From positions 61,313 to 125,312 of the forward strand of contig CAZDPU010000001.1 of the NCBI GenBank assembly GCA_964507645.1: a stretch of 64,000 nt of DNA. The letters run 5' to 3'. This stretch comes from an uncultured bacterium. Lineage in GTDB: Bacteria; UBP7; UBA6624. The number at the start of each line of letters is the position of its first letter. Position 1 is the stretch's first letter. The position numbers and the translations under genes were made by a program. Shown piece by piece: positions 46,629-56,270 of this stretch. Below the pieces are notes generated by a model. The model saw nothing but the letters and a program-made list of their open reading frames with translations. It had not been told where the DNA came from and searched no databases.

Positions 46629-48173
46629 ATGTCTAGAAGTTTAAACATAAAGGTCTCAAAAATATTATCAAGATTAGCCGATTCAAAAGAGCTGATTGGG
46701 GAGAATCCATTTAAGATAATTGCAATAAGAAAGGCTTCAAGGACTGTAAAAAATCTAACAGATTCTCTTGAGCTTGTTGCAGATTATCAAAAAATTCCAG
46801 GTATAGGTATCTCTATTTCAAAAAAAATATCTGAAATCATTTTGACTGGAAGGTTGAAGGAGATGGATGAGCTTGATGAGAAGATACCAAAGTCTTTCTG
46901 GGATTTTTCCAGCATCAGGGGCTTGGGCATTGGGTCGATGAAAAAGCTTTTCAAGGCAAAGATTTTCAATTATGAAAAGTTGAAAAATATCATCTTTCAA
47001 GAAGATCTTGATTTTTTTTCAAAAACACAAAATGAGAACATAAGAAGAGGAATTAAATTTCATGAAAAATACAGAGGCAAATTTTTGCTTTATGAAGGAT
47101 CTCGTATCTTTTCAGAAATAAAAAAACAGAATCCTGATTTTCAATTCAAAAAAACAGGCTCCTTGGCAAGGTGTGATGAAGTGTTGAATTCCATAGAGGT
47201 TATTTGTGTTTGTGAGGAAGAAGCAAAAATCGAAAAAATTCTAAAAATATTCAATGGCAAGATTGAAAAAGATGTTATTAAAGGTTTTTTTGAAAAGAGA
47301 AATCTGGATATTTTTTTATGTAAAAAATCAAATTTTGGAACAAGGTCCTTGGAGACCTCGTCGTTAAAGGTCCATCTAGACGATATTAAGTTATTTGAGT
47401 CTGATTCAGAAGAAAAAATTTACAAAATGAATGGTTACGACTACATACCTCCCGAGTTGAGGATCTGGAAAGCTTCTGAATTCAGGACAGGAGTTCCAAA
47501 TTTGCTCACCATTGATGAAATTGATTCTGACATGCATATGCACACAAGTTATAGCGATGGAATTAATTCGATTGAGGAGATGGTTGAAGCTTCATCTAAA
47601 AAAAACTACAAAAGAATTGCAATAACTGACCATAGTAAAAGTGCATCTTATGCTGGAGGGCTTAAAGAAGAAAAATTATTAAGCCAGTGTTCTTATATTA
47701 AGAATAAAAAATGGGATATAGATGTTTTTTCCGGATCTGAATGCGACATACTTAATGACGGATCTCTTGATTATGATGATGAGATTTTAAAGAAGCTTGA
47801 TTGGGTAGTTGGAAGTATTCATCAAAATTTAGAGGGAGATCAGACGGGAAGGATTTTAAAGGCAATAGAAAATGAGAACATGGACGTTCTTGGGCATGCA
47901 ACAGGAAGGAGGCTTTTAATAAGAGAGGGTTATTATGTAGATTGGAGTAAGGTCTTGAGCAAGCTTTCACAAACGAATATAGCTCTAGAGATAAATGCCA
48001 ACCCTGAAAGGCTTGACGTCAATGCAACAGTTGCAAGAGAGGCAAGTAGCCTAGGAATCAAACTGTCTTTAAATACTGATGCACATTCAATAAACCACTT
48101 GGATTTTATGAAAATGGCTGTAAATCAGGCTAGAAGAGCTGGTCTCGATAAGTCATCTTTGTTAAATTTATAA
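46629..48173 (+). CDS. polX: Family X DNA polymerase-like protein (HhH + pol-beta-like palm + PHP domain); palm catalytic residues appear substituted
   Basis: HhH motifs IPGIGISISKKI / IRGLGIGSMKKL. NT-transferase GS motif GSLARCDEVLNSIEV where canonical DxD is S-I-E. Intact PHP motifs HMHTSYSDG ... ITDHS ... GHATG. Confidence 0.75.
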   Translation: MSRSLNIKVSKILSRLADSKELIGENPFKIIAIRKASRTVKNLTDSLELVADYQKIPGIGISISKKISEIILTGRLKEMDELDEKIPKSFWDFSSIRGLGIGSMKKLFKAKIFNYEKLKNIIFQEDLDFFSKTQNENIRRGIKFHEKYRGKFLLYEGSRIFSEIKKQNPDFQFKKTGSLARCDEVLNSIEVICVCEEEAKIEKILKIFNGKIEKDVIKGFFEKRNLDIFLCKKSNFGTRSLETSSLKVHLDDIKLFESDSEEKIYKMNGYDYIPPELRIWKASEFRTGVPNLLTIDEIDSDMHMHTSYSDGINSIEEMVEASSKKNYKRIAITDHSKSASYAGGLKEEKLLSQCSYIKNKKWDIDVFSGSECDILNDGSLDYDDEILKKLDWVVGSIHQNLEGDQTGRILKAIENENMDVLGHATGRRLLIREGYYVDWSKVLSKLSQTNIALEINANPERLDVNATVAREASSLGIKLSLNTDAHSINHLDFMKMAVNQARRAGLDKSSLLNL

Positions 48174-48195
48174 CTTAAACCCTAAAATAATAAAG

Positions 48196-50718
48196 ATGTA
48201 TTCATTTGAAATAAGAAAAAAATTTATAGATTATTTTCAAAAAAGGAATCATTTTGTTGTTGAAAGTTCACCATTGCCTATAAATGGGGATCCAACTCTT
48301 CTTTTTAATGCTGCTGGAATGGCTCCACTTAAGCCATATTTTTTAGGCATAAAGGATCCTCCATCTAAAAACTTAACAAGTTGTCAGAAGTGCATAAGAA
48401 CCATTGATATAGATTCTGTTGGAAAGACTCCTAGGCACTGTACTTTTTTTGAGATGCTTGGAAATTTTTCTATTGGTGATTATTTTAAAGAAAGGGCAAT
48501 TTATTTTTCTTGGGATTTTTTGTTAGAAGAATTAAATTTAAATAAAGATAATTTATGGGTCACTGTTCACAATAAGGATTTGGAATCGGCAGAGATATGG
48601 ATTAAAGAGATAGGTTTTCCAGAAGAAAAATTATTATTCTTAGATGAGGATAATTTTTGGTCAATGGGTCCAACAGGGCCTTGTGGTCCTTGTTCGGAAA
48701 TTTTTTATGATTTTGGAGAGGACAAAGATCCTGGCAAGAATCCTGGAGATGAATCTGAAAGATTTATGGAAATTTGGAATTTGGTTTTTATGTCAAAAAA
48801 CAAGTTAAAAGATGGATCTGTTGAAAACTTGCCATCAAAAAATATTGATACCGGGATGGGTCTTGAAAGAGTTACTGCAGCAATCCAGGGGAAAAGTAGT
48901 GTTTTTGATACTGATATTTTTAAGGATTCATTAGATTTCTTAGATTCAATTTCAAGTAAAAAAAACACAGAAAGCAGAAGGGTTGTTGTAGATCATCTGA
49001 AAAGCTCTGCATTTTTAATAGCAGATGGTGTTGTTCCATCAAATATTGGAAAAGGTTATGTTCTTAGAAGGATATTAAGGCGGGCAATAAGGGCGGGAAG
49101 GATGCTGGGGATAGAAGAGCCCTTTCTTAAAGATTTGCTACCTAGTCTTTCAGCGTATGAAGATGTTTATGATGGCCTAAAAAACAAGAAGAGTCTAATT
49201 TCAAACCTAATTGAAGGTGAAGAACATTCATTTAGGAAAGCTGTGGGGAGGGGGGAAAGAGAGCTTGAGTCCAGATTAAGTGAAATGAATAAAAAAATTG
49301 TACCTGGCGATCTTGTTTTTGAAATGTATGACACTTATGGATTGCCTTTGGAAATTTCTGAAGATATAGCTTCTTTAAGAGGGTTAAAAATTGACAATGA
49401 TGGCTTTGAAAAATCTTTGCAGAAGCAGAGAAAAAGATCCCAATCTGACAGGGCTCAAAAAGGAAGTGCTTGGACCTATAAAGGAGGGAATGTTGAAACG
49501 GTTAGAAAGAATGCTAATATTTTATCTTCCTCTGTAAAGGGTATTGCTTCCAAGGGTGAAGATACAAGAATAATATTAGACGAAACTTGTTTTTATCCCG
49601 AGGGTGGAGGCCAGATTGGAGATAGTGGTTTTTTTTTAAATTCCTTAAATGAAAAAGTATTCACTGTAAAGAAAACTTTTTGGGACAGAGGGAACCTCAT
49701 TCATGAAGGCAAGAAAAACAAAGAAATAAGCTTAGATGAAGTTTTAAGTATCCAGATTGATGCTGAATCTAGGCGCGGATGCGAAAGAGCGCATACAGCA
49801 ACCCATTTGTTGCATTCTGCTTTAAGGGTTGTTTATGGTGATTCTGTTGTCCAAGCTGGAAGCCTGGTTGAGGAAGACAGGCTTAGGTTTGATGTTACTT
49901 TGGAAAGTTCAATTTCCGATGATGACTTATTCAAAATTCAATCTATTGTTTCTGATTGGATATTTTCAAATGCGTCTATTGACATTTCACATACCTCCTT
50001 AAAAGATGCAAAGTCAATGGGGGCAATGGCTTTATTTGGAGAAAAATACAATTCTGAAAATGTAAGAGTTGTAAAAATTTCAGATTTTAGCATTGAGCTT
50101 TGTGGCGGAACTCATGTCAGCAGCACTAGTGAAATTGGTTCTTTTATTATTACTAGTTTTTCATCAATTGCACAAGGTGTTAAAAGGTTTGAAGCTTCTA
50201 CAGGATCTCTTTCTCAGGACTTAGCAATAGGTTCTTATTCCTTGATAGACAAACTTTCAAGTAAGTGGAGCATAAATAAAGACAATTTTGAAAACAAAAT
50301 ATCTTCTATGGAAAAAGAATTAAAAGACCTGAGAAAAAAAATAAAAACTCTAAATGTATCAAAAATCAAAAGCCTTCATGATGATCTAATCAAATCATCA
50401 AAAGAGATAAATGGAGTTAAGGTGGTTTTCTCCAAAGATATTGAAAAAGACATTTTGACTGACCTTGGAAAGTCTTTTTGCTCAAGAAAAGATACAGTAG
50501 TTGCTTTTCTATGTACCAGTTCGGATGAATTTAATTATTGCATATCTCTTTCCAAAGATTCAATTAAAAACGAATTAAGTGCATCTTCTATACTCAAGGG
50601 TGTTTCAGGTTTTGTTTCTGGAGGGGGTGGGGGAAAGGAAAATTTTGCACAAGGAAGAGGGACAAACAGAAAAGGCTTGATCCCTTCTTTGAAATCTATA
50701 GAAGAAATATTGAAGTGA
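48196..50718 (+). CDS. alaS: Alanine--tRNA ligase
   Basis: 840 aa; class II catalytic core (FNAAGM, WSMGPTGPCGPCSEIFYD), editing-domain Zn motif (HTATHLLH ... CGGTHV), C-terminal DHHA1-like GGGGG. Confidence 0.95.
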   Translation: MYSFEIRKKFIDYFQKRNHFVVESSPLPINGDPTLLFNAAGMAPLKPYFLGIKDPPSKNLTSCQKCIRTIDIDSVGKTPRHCTFFEMLGNFSIGDYFKERAIYFSWDFLLEELNLNKDNLWVTVHNKDLESAEIWIKEIGFPEEKLLFLDEDNFWSMGPTGPCGPCSEIFYDFGEDKDPGKNPGDESERFMEIWNLVFMSKNKLKDGSVENLPSKNIDTGMGLERVTAAIQGKSSVFDTDIFKDSLDFLDSISSKKNTESRRVVVDHLKSSAFLIADGVVPSNIGKGYVLRRILRRAIRAGRMLGIEEPFLKDLLPSLSAYEDVYDGLKNKKSLISNLIEGEEHSFRKAVGRGERELESRLSEMNKKIVPGDLVFEMYDTYGLPLEISEDIASLRGLKIDNDGFEKSLQKQRKRSQSDRAQKGSAWTYKGGNVETVRKNANILSSSVKGIASKGEDTRIILDETCFYPEGGGQIGDSGFFLNSLNEKVFTVKKTFWDRGNLIHEGKKNKEISLDEVLSIQIDAESRRGCERAHTATHLLHSALRVVYGDSVVQAGSLVEEDRLRFDVTLESSISDDDLFKIQSIVSDWIFSNASIDISHTSLKDAKSMGAMALFGEKYNSENVRVVKISDFSIELCGGTHVSSTSEIGSFIITSFSSIAQGVKRFEASTGSLSQDLAIGSYSLIDKLSSKWSINKDNFENKISSMEKELKDLRKKIKTLNVSKIKSLHDDLIKSSKEINGVKVVFSKDIEKDILTDLGKSFCSRKDTVVAFLCTSSDEFNYCISLSKDSIKNELSASSILKGVSGFVSGGGGGKENFAQGRGTNRKGLIPSLKSIEEILK

Positions 50719-51095
50719 AAAGAATTTTATCTTGTGATATTGGTACTAAATTTCATGGTTTTGCTTTGTCAGATACCACACAGAAGTTTATAGTAAAAAG
50801 CTGGACAAAAGAAATTCAAGATTCTTCTTCAAGCCTAATATCTGAAGAGGCTTCAGCAAATGATATTGAATTGATAGTTTTGGGACTTCCTTTAAGGATG
50901 GTTGGCGGTGATTCAGATATGTCAATTCATGTTAGAAAAATTGCTAAGGAATTAAAAAGCGAAGGCTTTAAAGTTGAATTTATAGATGAAAGATTGACAA
51001 CAAACAGAAGATTAGATACTATTCAAAGAAATGAAAGTTCAGCAAAAATTATTCTCGAAATGGCTTTGAAAAAAAAGACATATTATCCAGATTGA
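50715..51095 (+). CDS. ruvX: Putative pre-16S rRNA nuclease / Holliday-junction resolvase-like YqgF
   Basis: RNase H-like N-terminus ILSCDIGTKFHGFALSD; ~126 aa; conserved position downstream of alaS with 4-nt overlap. Confidence 0.8.
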   Translation: MKRILSCDIGTKFHGFALSDTTQKFIVKSWTKEIQDSSSSLISEEASANDIELIVLGLPLRMVGGDSDMSIHVRKIAKELKSEGFKVEFIDERLTTNRRLDTIQRNESSAKIILEMALKKKTYYPD

Positions 51096-51967
51096 TTTAG
51101 TATTAACAACACAAAAAGAGCAATTGATATGGCACCAATGATTTTTTTAGTACCTTCTTTTTGAATTGTTCCAAATATATATATGACTGTTCCAAGAACT
51201 GCCCACCATATTATTTCAGAGTTGTTAGCAATGCTCATATTTCCCGAAATTGTCACAAAGGGCATGGCAACGAGAGGGTTGATTATGTTTGATCCAATAA
51301 GATTTCCTGAAACCATTTCTAGGTTTTTCTTTTTTATTGCTGCAAATGTAACTGTGAGTTCTGGCAAACTTGTTCCAAAGCCTAAAATCAACCCTGAGAA
51401 AGCTTCAGGCCAACCAAAATTTTTCGAAAGAGAGATGGCTCCTTCAACTGCCATATTTCCACCGATCCATAAAAGGAGTACGGATACAGCTATATTAAAA
51501 AATAATTTCATTTCTAATTTTCTTTCTTTTTGTTTTTTTGTTTTTTTGTTTGGGAATAATGTTTTAGAAAAAAATATATAAAAGAAAATAAGTATTATTG
51601 ATTCGAGTTGTGTTATTTCTGAGTTTAGGCAAAAGAGATAGAGGATTATTGGCGCTATGACCGCTAAGTAGTTGCTTGTTTTTTTGTATTTTTTTTGATG
51701 AACCCCAAATAGCAAGGCGATACCACCTATAAGAAGAGCATTTGAGGAATTGCTCCCATAAACATTTCCAAGAGCAATATTTGCTTCATTTTCAATCCCG
51801 CTCGCAATGTTTGTAAATATTTCTGGAAGGCTTGTCATTATTGCTATTAAAGATAACCCAATAGTTAAGTTTGAGATTCCGAATTTTTTAGAAATTTTCT
51901 CAGAAGTGTTGATTGCTATTTCTCCACCAAAAATTAATAACACTATTCCAAAAATAACTTCAATCAT
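51083..51967 (-). CDS. CaCA-family Na+/Ca2+ exchanger-like membrane protein (YrbG type)
   Basis: Two alpha-repeats with MTSLPEIFTN and FGTSLPELTV signatures; ~10 TM; basic central loop. Confidence 0.85.
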   Translation of the reverse strand: MIEVIFGIVLLIFGGEIAINTSEKISKKFGISNLTIGLSLIAIMTSLPEIFTNIASGIENEANIALGNVYGSNSSNALLIGGIALLFGVHQKKYKKTSNYLAVIAPIILYLFCLNSEITQLESIILIFFYIFFSKTLFPNKKTKKQKERKLEMKLFFNIAVSVLLLWIGGNMAVEGAISLSKNFGWPEAFSGLILGFGTSLPELTVTFAAIKKKNLEMVSGNLIGSNIINPLVAMPFVTISGNMSIANNSEIIWWAVLGTVIYIFGTIQKEGTKKIIGAISIALFVLLILNQSG

Positions 51968-53334
51968 TTTTCATTTAGTTCCTGAGCTGCATACTTAAGA
52001 GCTTCTTTTGTATTGGTTATTTTTTCAGAAATTTGTAAGTTTGTTATTTTTTTTAATGTTTTACCAATCAGGGGTCCTTGTTCGTACCCAATTTTAATTA
52101 GATCTTCTCCATTCAAAAGAGGTTCAGGCATTATTTTTTCTTTTTTTAAAAAAAATGAATCAAATAAAAAATCATGAATTTTTAAATGATTTTTTGTTAA
52201 TATTTCTTCTGAAACTTTTTTTGGATAAGCGCTTGCATCAGCTAGGTCCAAGAATATAAAAAACATAGACAACTCTTCCAGATTCCTAAAAAACTTACTG
52301 GTTGCTCTTTTTGTTGGAGTATTATTGTTGTTTGCAAGCTGAGAGACTCTTAGGTGGTTTGAAATAATAGTCTCAATTCCATTTTTTTCTTCTTTTGAAA
52401 ATTTTAGATTTTCAATATCTTTTTCAATTAAGCTAAAACCAATTTGAGCGTGTCTTGGATACGTAGTTTTTGTCCCGTTGATACAGATTGTTTTTGGCTT
52501 GCCAATATCATGAAGCAAGGTTCCTAAATATATCCACCACTTTGGTTTGTCTAATTGTTCAAAATGTTCTCCCCATCCAGGATAGTATTTTTTTGGACAA
52601 GCAATAATTTTTTCCAAGTTTTCTAAAGTTTTCAAGGAATGCTCTTCTACATTCATTTTTGAAACCGAATTGGCCCTGCATTCTTTAGTTTTTTTCCAAG
52701 CTTTAAATAAGTTTTCAAAAATTTCTATTTCTATCATTAATTTAGAAAATTTAAATGCACTGATTTCAAATCCTTTTTTCATTTCTTTCCTTATTCTTTC
52801 TCCAGGAAACTGTGTTATAAGATGTTTTTTCTTTGAGATTTCTTTTTTCAAAGAGCTGCTAAGTGAAAAATTATGTTTTAATGCAATTCTCAAAGCTCTC
52901 AGAATCCTTACAGGGTCATCTTCTATGGATTCTTTTTTGCAGTAGTTTATTTTTTTCTTTTTAATGTCTTCGATACCAGACAAAGGGTCAAAAAAGCCAT
53001 TTTTTCTATTCCATGCAATTGAGTTTAATGTGAAGTCTCTTCTTAAAAGATCTTTTTTTATGTCTTTTTTAAAATATGTTATATCAATATTTATTTCATC
53101 ATCATGAAATCTAATAGTTTCAAATTTCTTGTTAACCTTATTCCCTTTTCCATAACTAGCTGTAAACATCTCCATTATTTCTTCACGATTCTTTACATTT
53201 GCTGCAATATCTATTTCCCTTATGGGACTTTTTGAATCTATTAGTATTTCTCTTATCACGCCGCCAACAACCCAGGCATCATCCAGTTTTGAAAAATTTT
53301 CTGGTATATAGTTTTTAATTTTTTTTTCCAGCAT
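51964..53334 (-). CDS. cca: CCA-adding tRNA nucleotidyltransferase / poly(A) polymerase family with HD domain
   Basis: Head-domain motif WVVGGVIREIL...IDIA and HD motif LLHDIGKP. Confidence 0.8.
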   Translation of the reverse strand: MLEKKIKNYIPENFSKLDDAWVVGGVIREILIDSKSPIREIDIAANVKNREEIMEMFTASYGKGNKVNKKFETIRFHDDEINIDITYFKKDIKKDLLRRDFTLNSIAWNRKNGFFDPLSGIEDIKKKKINYCKKESIEDDPVRILRALRIALKHNFSLSSSLKKEISKKKHLITQFPGERIRKEMKKGFEISAFKFSKLMIEIEIFENLFKAWKKTKECRANSVSKMNVEEHSLKTLENLEKIIACPKKYYPGWGEHFEQLDKPKWWIYLGTLLHDIGKPKTICINGTKTTYPRHAQIGFSLIEKDIENLKFSKEEKNGIETIISNHLRVSQLANNNNTPTKRATSKFFRNLEELSMFFIFLDLADASAYPKKVSEEILTKNHLKIHDFLFDSFFLKKEKIMPEPLLNGEDLIKIGYEQGPLIGKTLKKITNLQISEKITNTKEALKYAAQELNEK

Positions 53335-53336
53335 TT

Positions 53337-54005
53337 TTAATTAAAAGAAAAAAATGAAATTTCTGTTTTATTATTAGCAATTCTTATTTCATAAATCCAT
53401 TCATTTTCTATATCTATAACCCATCCAGGTAAATTTTTTTCAAATCTAGAAAACGCATCGTTGAGATTTCCTTCAAGGGTGCCTTGAGAGAGTGTGCCGT
53501 TTTCCCAAAGGCTGTGTGGGGTTGATTTACCTAAAAAATTCCCACCAAAAGATTTAATTTCATCATAAGTAATATTTTTATTTTTCTCTTTTATCTCTAA
53601 GATTTTCTTGACTTTTCCAAGAAGTCTTGCAAATGATTGCCCTAAGGGGATTTTTTCCCATTTTTGTCTTTCTGGCTTTGAGAAAATTTTTTCTTTTTCA
53701 GAATAAAAATCGATTACTTTTGTTTTTTGATTAAAAAATATTCCCCATTTGTTTTTTCCTGCACCTTCTATGGGTTTGGATTTGAGATTTTTGCATCCAA
53801 TTCTTTCTCCTGAATTATTTTCTAAAATGGCAAAGAAAGCAGGAGATTCTCTTAATTGTTCACACTGCTTTGGAGGACTTCCTTCAAATTCAATAAAAGC
53901 TTCTATCAGTGGCTCCATGATAATTGCTGCCTCTTGTGTTTTTTCTACGAGCAAAAAGCTTATTAAGAAAATTAATTTCATTAATTTTCTTTTGACGAGT
54001 CCCAA
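53337..54005 (-). CDS. Hypothetical secreted protein (222 aa)
   Basis: N-terminal signal-like hydrophobic segment LMKLIFLISFLLV. No recognisable motifs. Overlaps mscS by 25 nt. Confidence 0.4.
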   Translation of the reverse strand: MGLVKRKLMKLIFLISFLLVEKTQEAAIIMEPLIEAFIEFEGSPPKQCEQLRESPAFFAILENNSGERIGCKNLKSKPIEGAGKNKWGIFFNQKTKVIDFYSEKEKIFSKPERQKWEKIPLGQSFARLLGKVKKILEIKEKNKNITYDEIKSFGGNFLGKSTPHSLWENGTLSQGTLEGNLNDAFSRFEKNLPGWVIDIENEWIYEIRIANNKTEISFFSFN

Positions 54006-55081
54006 TCAATTGTTGTTGTTGGGAAGGCAAATTCGAGACCTAGATTGTTGAATTCTTCTAATATTGTTATGTTGATTTCATGTCTTACTTTTCTTAAATC
54101 CCCTCCAGATTTTTTCTTAATCCAGTAAACAACTTCAAGATTCAATGAAGAGTCAGCAAATTCAAGCAAATTAACCCAACACTTGTCTTTTGTTTCAGGG
54201 TGTTTCTTTATTATCTCTTCCAAGGTTCCTTTTGCTTTCTTTATCAGCTCTGTAGGGGTGTCATAGACAAGCCCTAATACCACATCTTGTCTAAAGCCCG
54301 ATCTTCTGCTTCTGTTAGTTATGGTTGCTGAAGAGACTGTAGCATTGGGTATTATGATGGCTGTTTTATCAAGGCCTCTTAGTTTTGTTGATCTAAGGCC
54401 GATTTCTTCAACATCGCCCCTAACTCCGTCTATTTCTACAGAATCTCCAACTTCAAAAGGTCTATCCATGAAAAGGACGATTCCACCAAAAGCTTGGGCC
54501 AGGGTGTCTTTTGCTGCAAAAGCAAATGCCAAACCTCCAATCCCCAAACCAGCAACAAGTGCTTTGACGTCATATCCAAAACCACTTATTATGACTGTTA
54601 TTGTGATTATCCAAATTAAGCCACCAGATGAATTTTTTAAAACAGCAATAATTTGATCATCAATTTTTCCTTCGCTTTTTTCAGCAATAGGTTCAAGAAC
54701 TGTTGCAAAAATAAAACCAATTAAATGCTTTGCTAAACTTGCTACAGTTATTGAAATAAGGACTAAGAAGATTTTTCCTATCACCTCATCAGTATCTTTG
54801 GATATGCTGATATTTTCAACAACAATGCCCCTTTGTATTGCCATTAGTATTATCAAATGGGATAGGGGTTTCTCTATTGAAGAAACAACTTTTTCAGCCT
54901 CCCCTTTCCCTTTTTTCTTCAAATAGGAAATTAATTTCTTATGAAAAATGCCTATAAGGATGACACCTATAAGCCAACCAGAAATAGGGTAAAGTATGAA
55001 ATTGTTCCAGTCCACTTTGATCCACCAACTTTCTATCGATGCAAGTTCTGATATTGAATTTAACAAAAAATTTATAGCCAT
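53981..55081 (-). CDS. mscS: Small-conductance mechanosensitive channel (MscS family)
   Basis: 3 TM helices followed by MscS beta-domain (IVLFMDRPFEVGDSVEIDGVRGDVEEIGLRSTKLR). Confidence 0.9.
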   Translation of the reverse strand: MAINFLLNSISELASIESWWIKVDWNNFILYPISGWLIGVILIGIFHKKLISYLKKKGKGEAEKVVSSIEKPLSHLIILMAIQRGIVVENISISKDTDEVIGKIFLVLISITVASLAKHLIGFIFATVLEPIAEKSEGKIDDQIIAVLKNSSGGLIWIITITVIISGFGYDVKALVAGLGIGGLAFAFAAKDTLAQAFGGIVLFMDRPFEVGDSVEIDGVRGDVEEIGLRSTKLRGLDKTAIIIPNATVSSATITNRSRRSGFRQDVVLGLVYDTPTELIKKAKGTLEEIIKKHPETKDKCWVNLLEFADSSLNLEVVYWIKKKSGGDLRKVRHEINITILEEFNNLGLEFAFPTTTIDWDSSKEN

Positions 55082-55157
55082 TTTACAATTCCTTCCATTT
55101 AGTTAATTTCTTTAATTCTAAAACCTAATCTTTATTACTGATTGTTATGATTAAATC

Positions 55158-56270
55158 ATGTCAAGAGTTTTGATTGTTGGAGCGGGAAGGCAGGGGAGGG
55201 CGATTGCTTACAATTTGTCCTTTGACCATGAAATAATCCTTGTAGATAAAGATTCAGAAAAAATTGAAGATTTCATAATTTTTTCTCAAGAGAATTTTCC
55301 TGAAAGTGCAAGTATACAATTTCAATCTTTAGATGCTTCTGACCCCAACGGGTGGTCTTTAATGTATAAACCTGAAGGAATTGTTAATTCAGCTTCATAC
55401 ATGCTTTCAGAAGAGTTAACTAAATATTCAATAAAAAACAACATTCACTATGTTGATTTAGGGGGAAATCCAGATGTTGTTGCCATTCAACATAAGATGA
55501 ACAATTCTGCTTTTGAGAAAAAGGTTTCAATTGTTCCTGACTCGGGGCTTGCTCCTGGCTTGGGGCAATTGCTTGCCTCTTATGGCTTGTCAAGAATTCC
55601 TAAATCAAAAAGTGTAAAGATTTATTGTGGTGGATTGCCCAAAAAACCTTTAAACAACAGCTTCAAGCATTATCTATTTTTTGCTGCTGAAGGTTTATTG
55701 AATGAGTATTCTGGATCAGAAATGATTCTTGAGAATGGAGAGCTTAAAGAAAAACTGTGTCTGTCAGGAAAAGAATCTATAAATATAGATGGAGTTGGTA
55801 ATTTTGAGGCTTCTCTAACAAGAGGGGGGATAAGTACTGCTGCAAGTAGTTTTTATGGTGTTTTGGATAATTACAAATATAAAACATTAAGGTGGCCAGG
55901 GCATTGGGATTTGATGTTCAAATGGAAAGAAGACGGTTTTTTTGAAAAAAATTGGCAAGATAATGCATTAAGTTTTGCAGAAAAAAAACTTGGATCAAGA
56001 ATACCTACATCAAAAGAAGATATGGTGATTCTTCTAGTCAAGGTAGTAGGGGAGAGTTCCGAAATGGAAATTTTATTAGTTGATGAAAATGATACTGAAA
56101 CAGGTTTAACATCCATGGAAAGAACAACTGGTTTTCCTGCTGCTGAAATTATGAGGCTTGCAATTAAGGGAGAGTTAAAAAATGGAGTTTTAACTCATGA
56201 ATTAGACCTGCCTTCAAAAACGATTTTAAGAAGGTTGGAAAAAACTGGTCTTAAATTTAAAATTAATTAA
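55158..56270 (+). CDS. Saccharopine dehydrogenase-like NAD(P)-binding oxidoreductase
   Basis: N-terminal Rossmann VLIVGAGRQGRAIAYNL. ~370 aa with Sacchrp_dh-type C-terminal domain. Exact substrate not assignable. Confidence 0.6.
   Translation: MSRVLIVGAGRQGRAIAYNLSFDHEIILVDKDSEKIEDFIIFSQENFPESASIQFQSLDASDPNGWSLMYKPEGIVNSASYMLSEELTKYSIKNNIHYVDLGGNPDVVAIQHKMNNSAFEKKVSIVPDSGLAPGLGQLLASYGLSRIPKSKSVKIYCGGLPKKPLNNSFKHYLFFAAEGLLNEYSGSEMILENGELKEKLCLSGKESINIDGVGNFEASLTRGGISTAASSFYGVLDNYKYKTLRWPGHWDLMFKWKEDGFFEKNWQDNALSFAEKKLGSRIPTSKEDMVILLVKVVGESSEMEILLVDENDTETGLTSMERTTGFPAAEIMRLAIKGELKNGVLTHELDLPSKTILRRLEKTGLKFKIN

Noticed and set aside
51515-51548. gtttttttgtttttttgttt homopolymeric tracts
   Set aside because: Lies within the CaCA exchanger gene, encoding its Lys-rich cytoplasmic loop (KKTKKQKERK). 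Not an independent element, though slip-prone.
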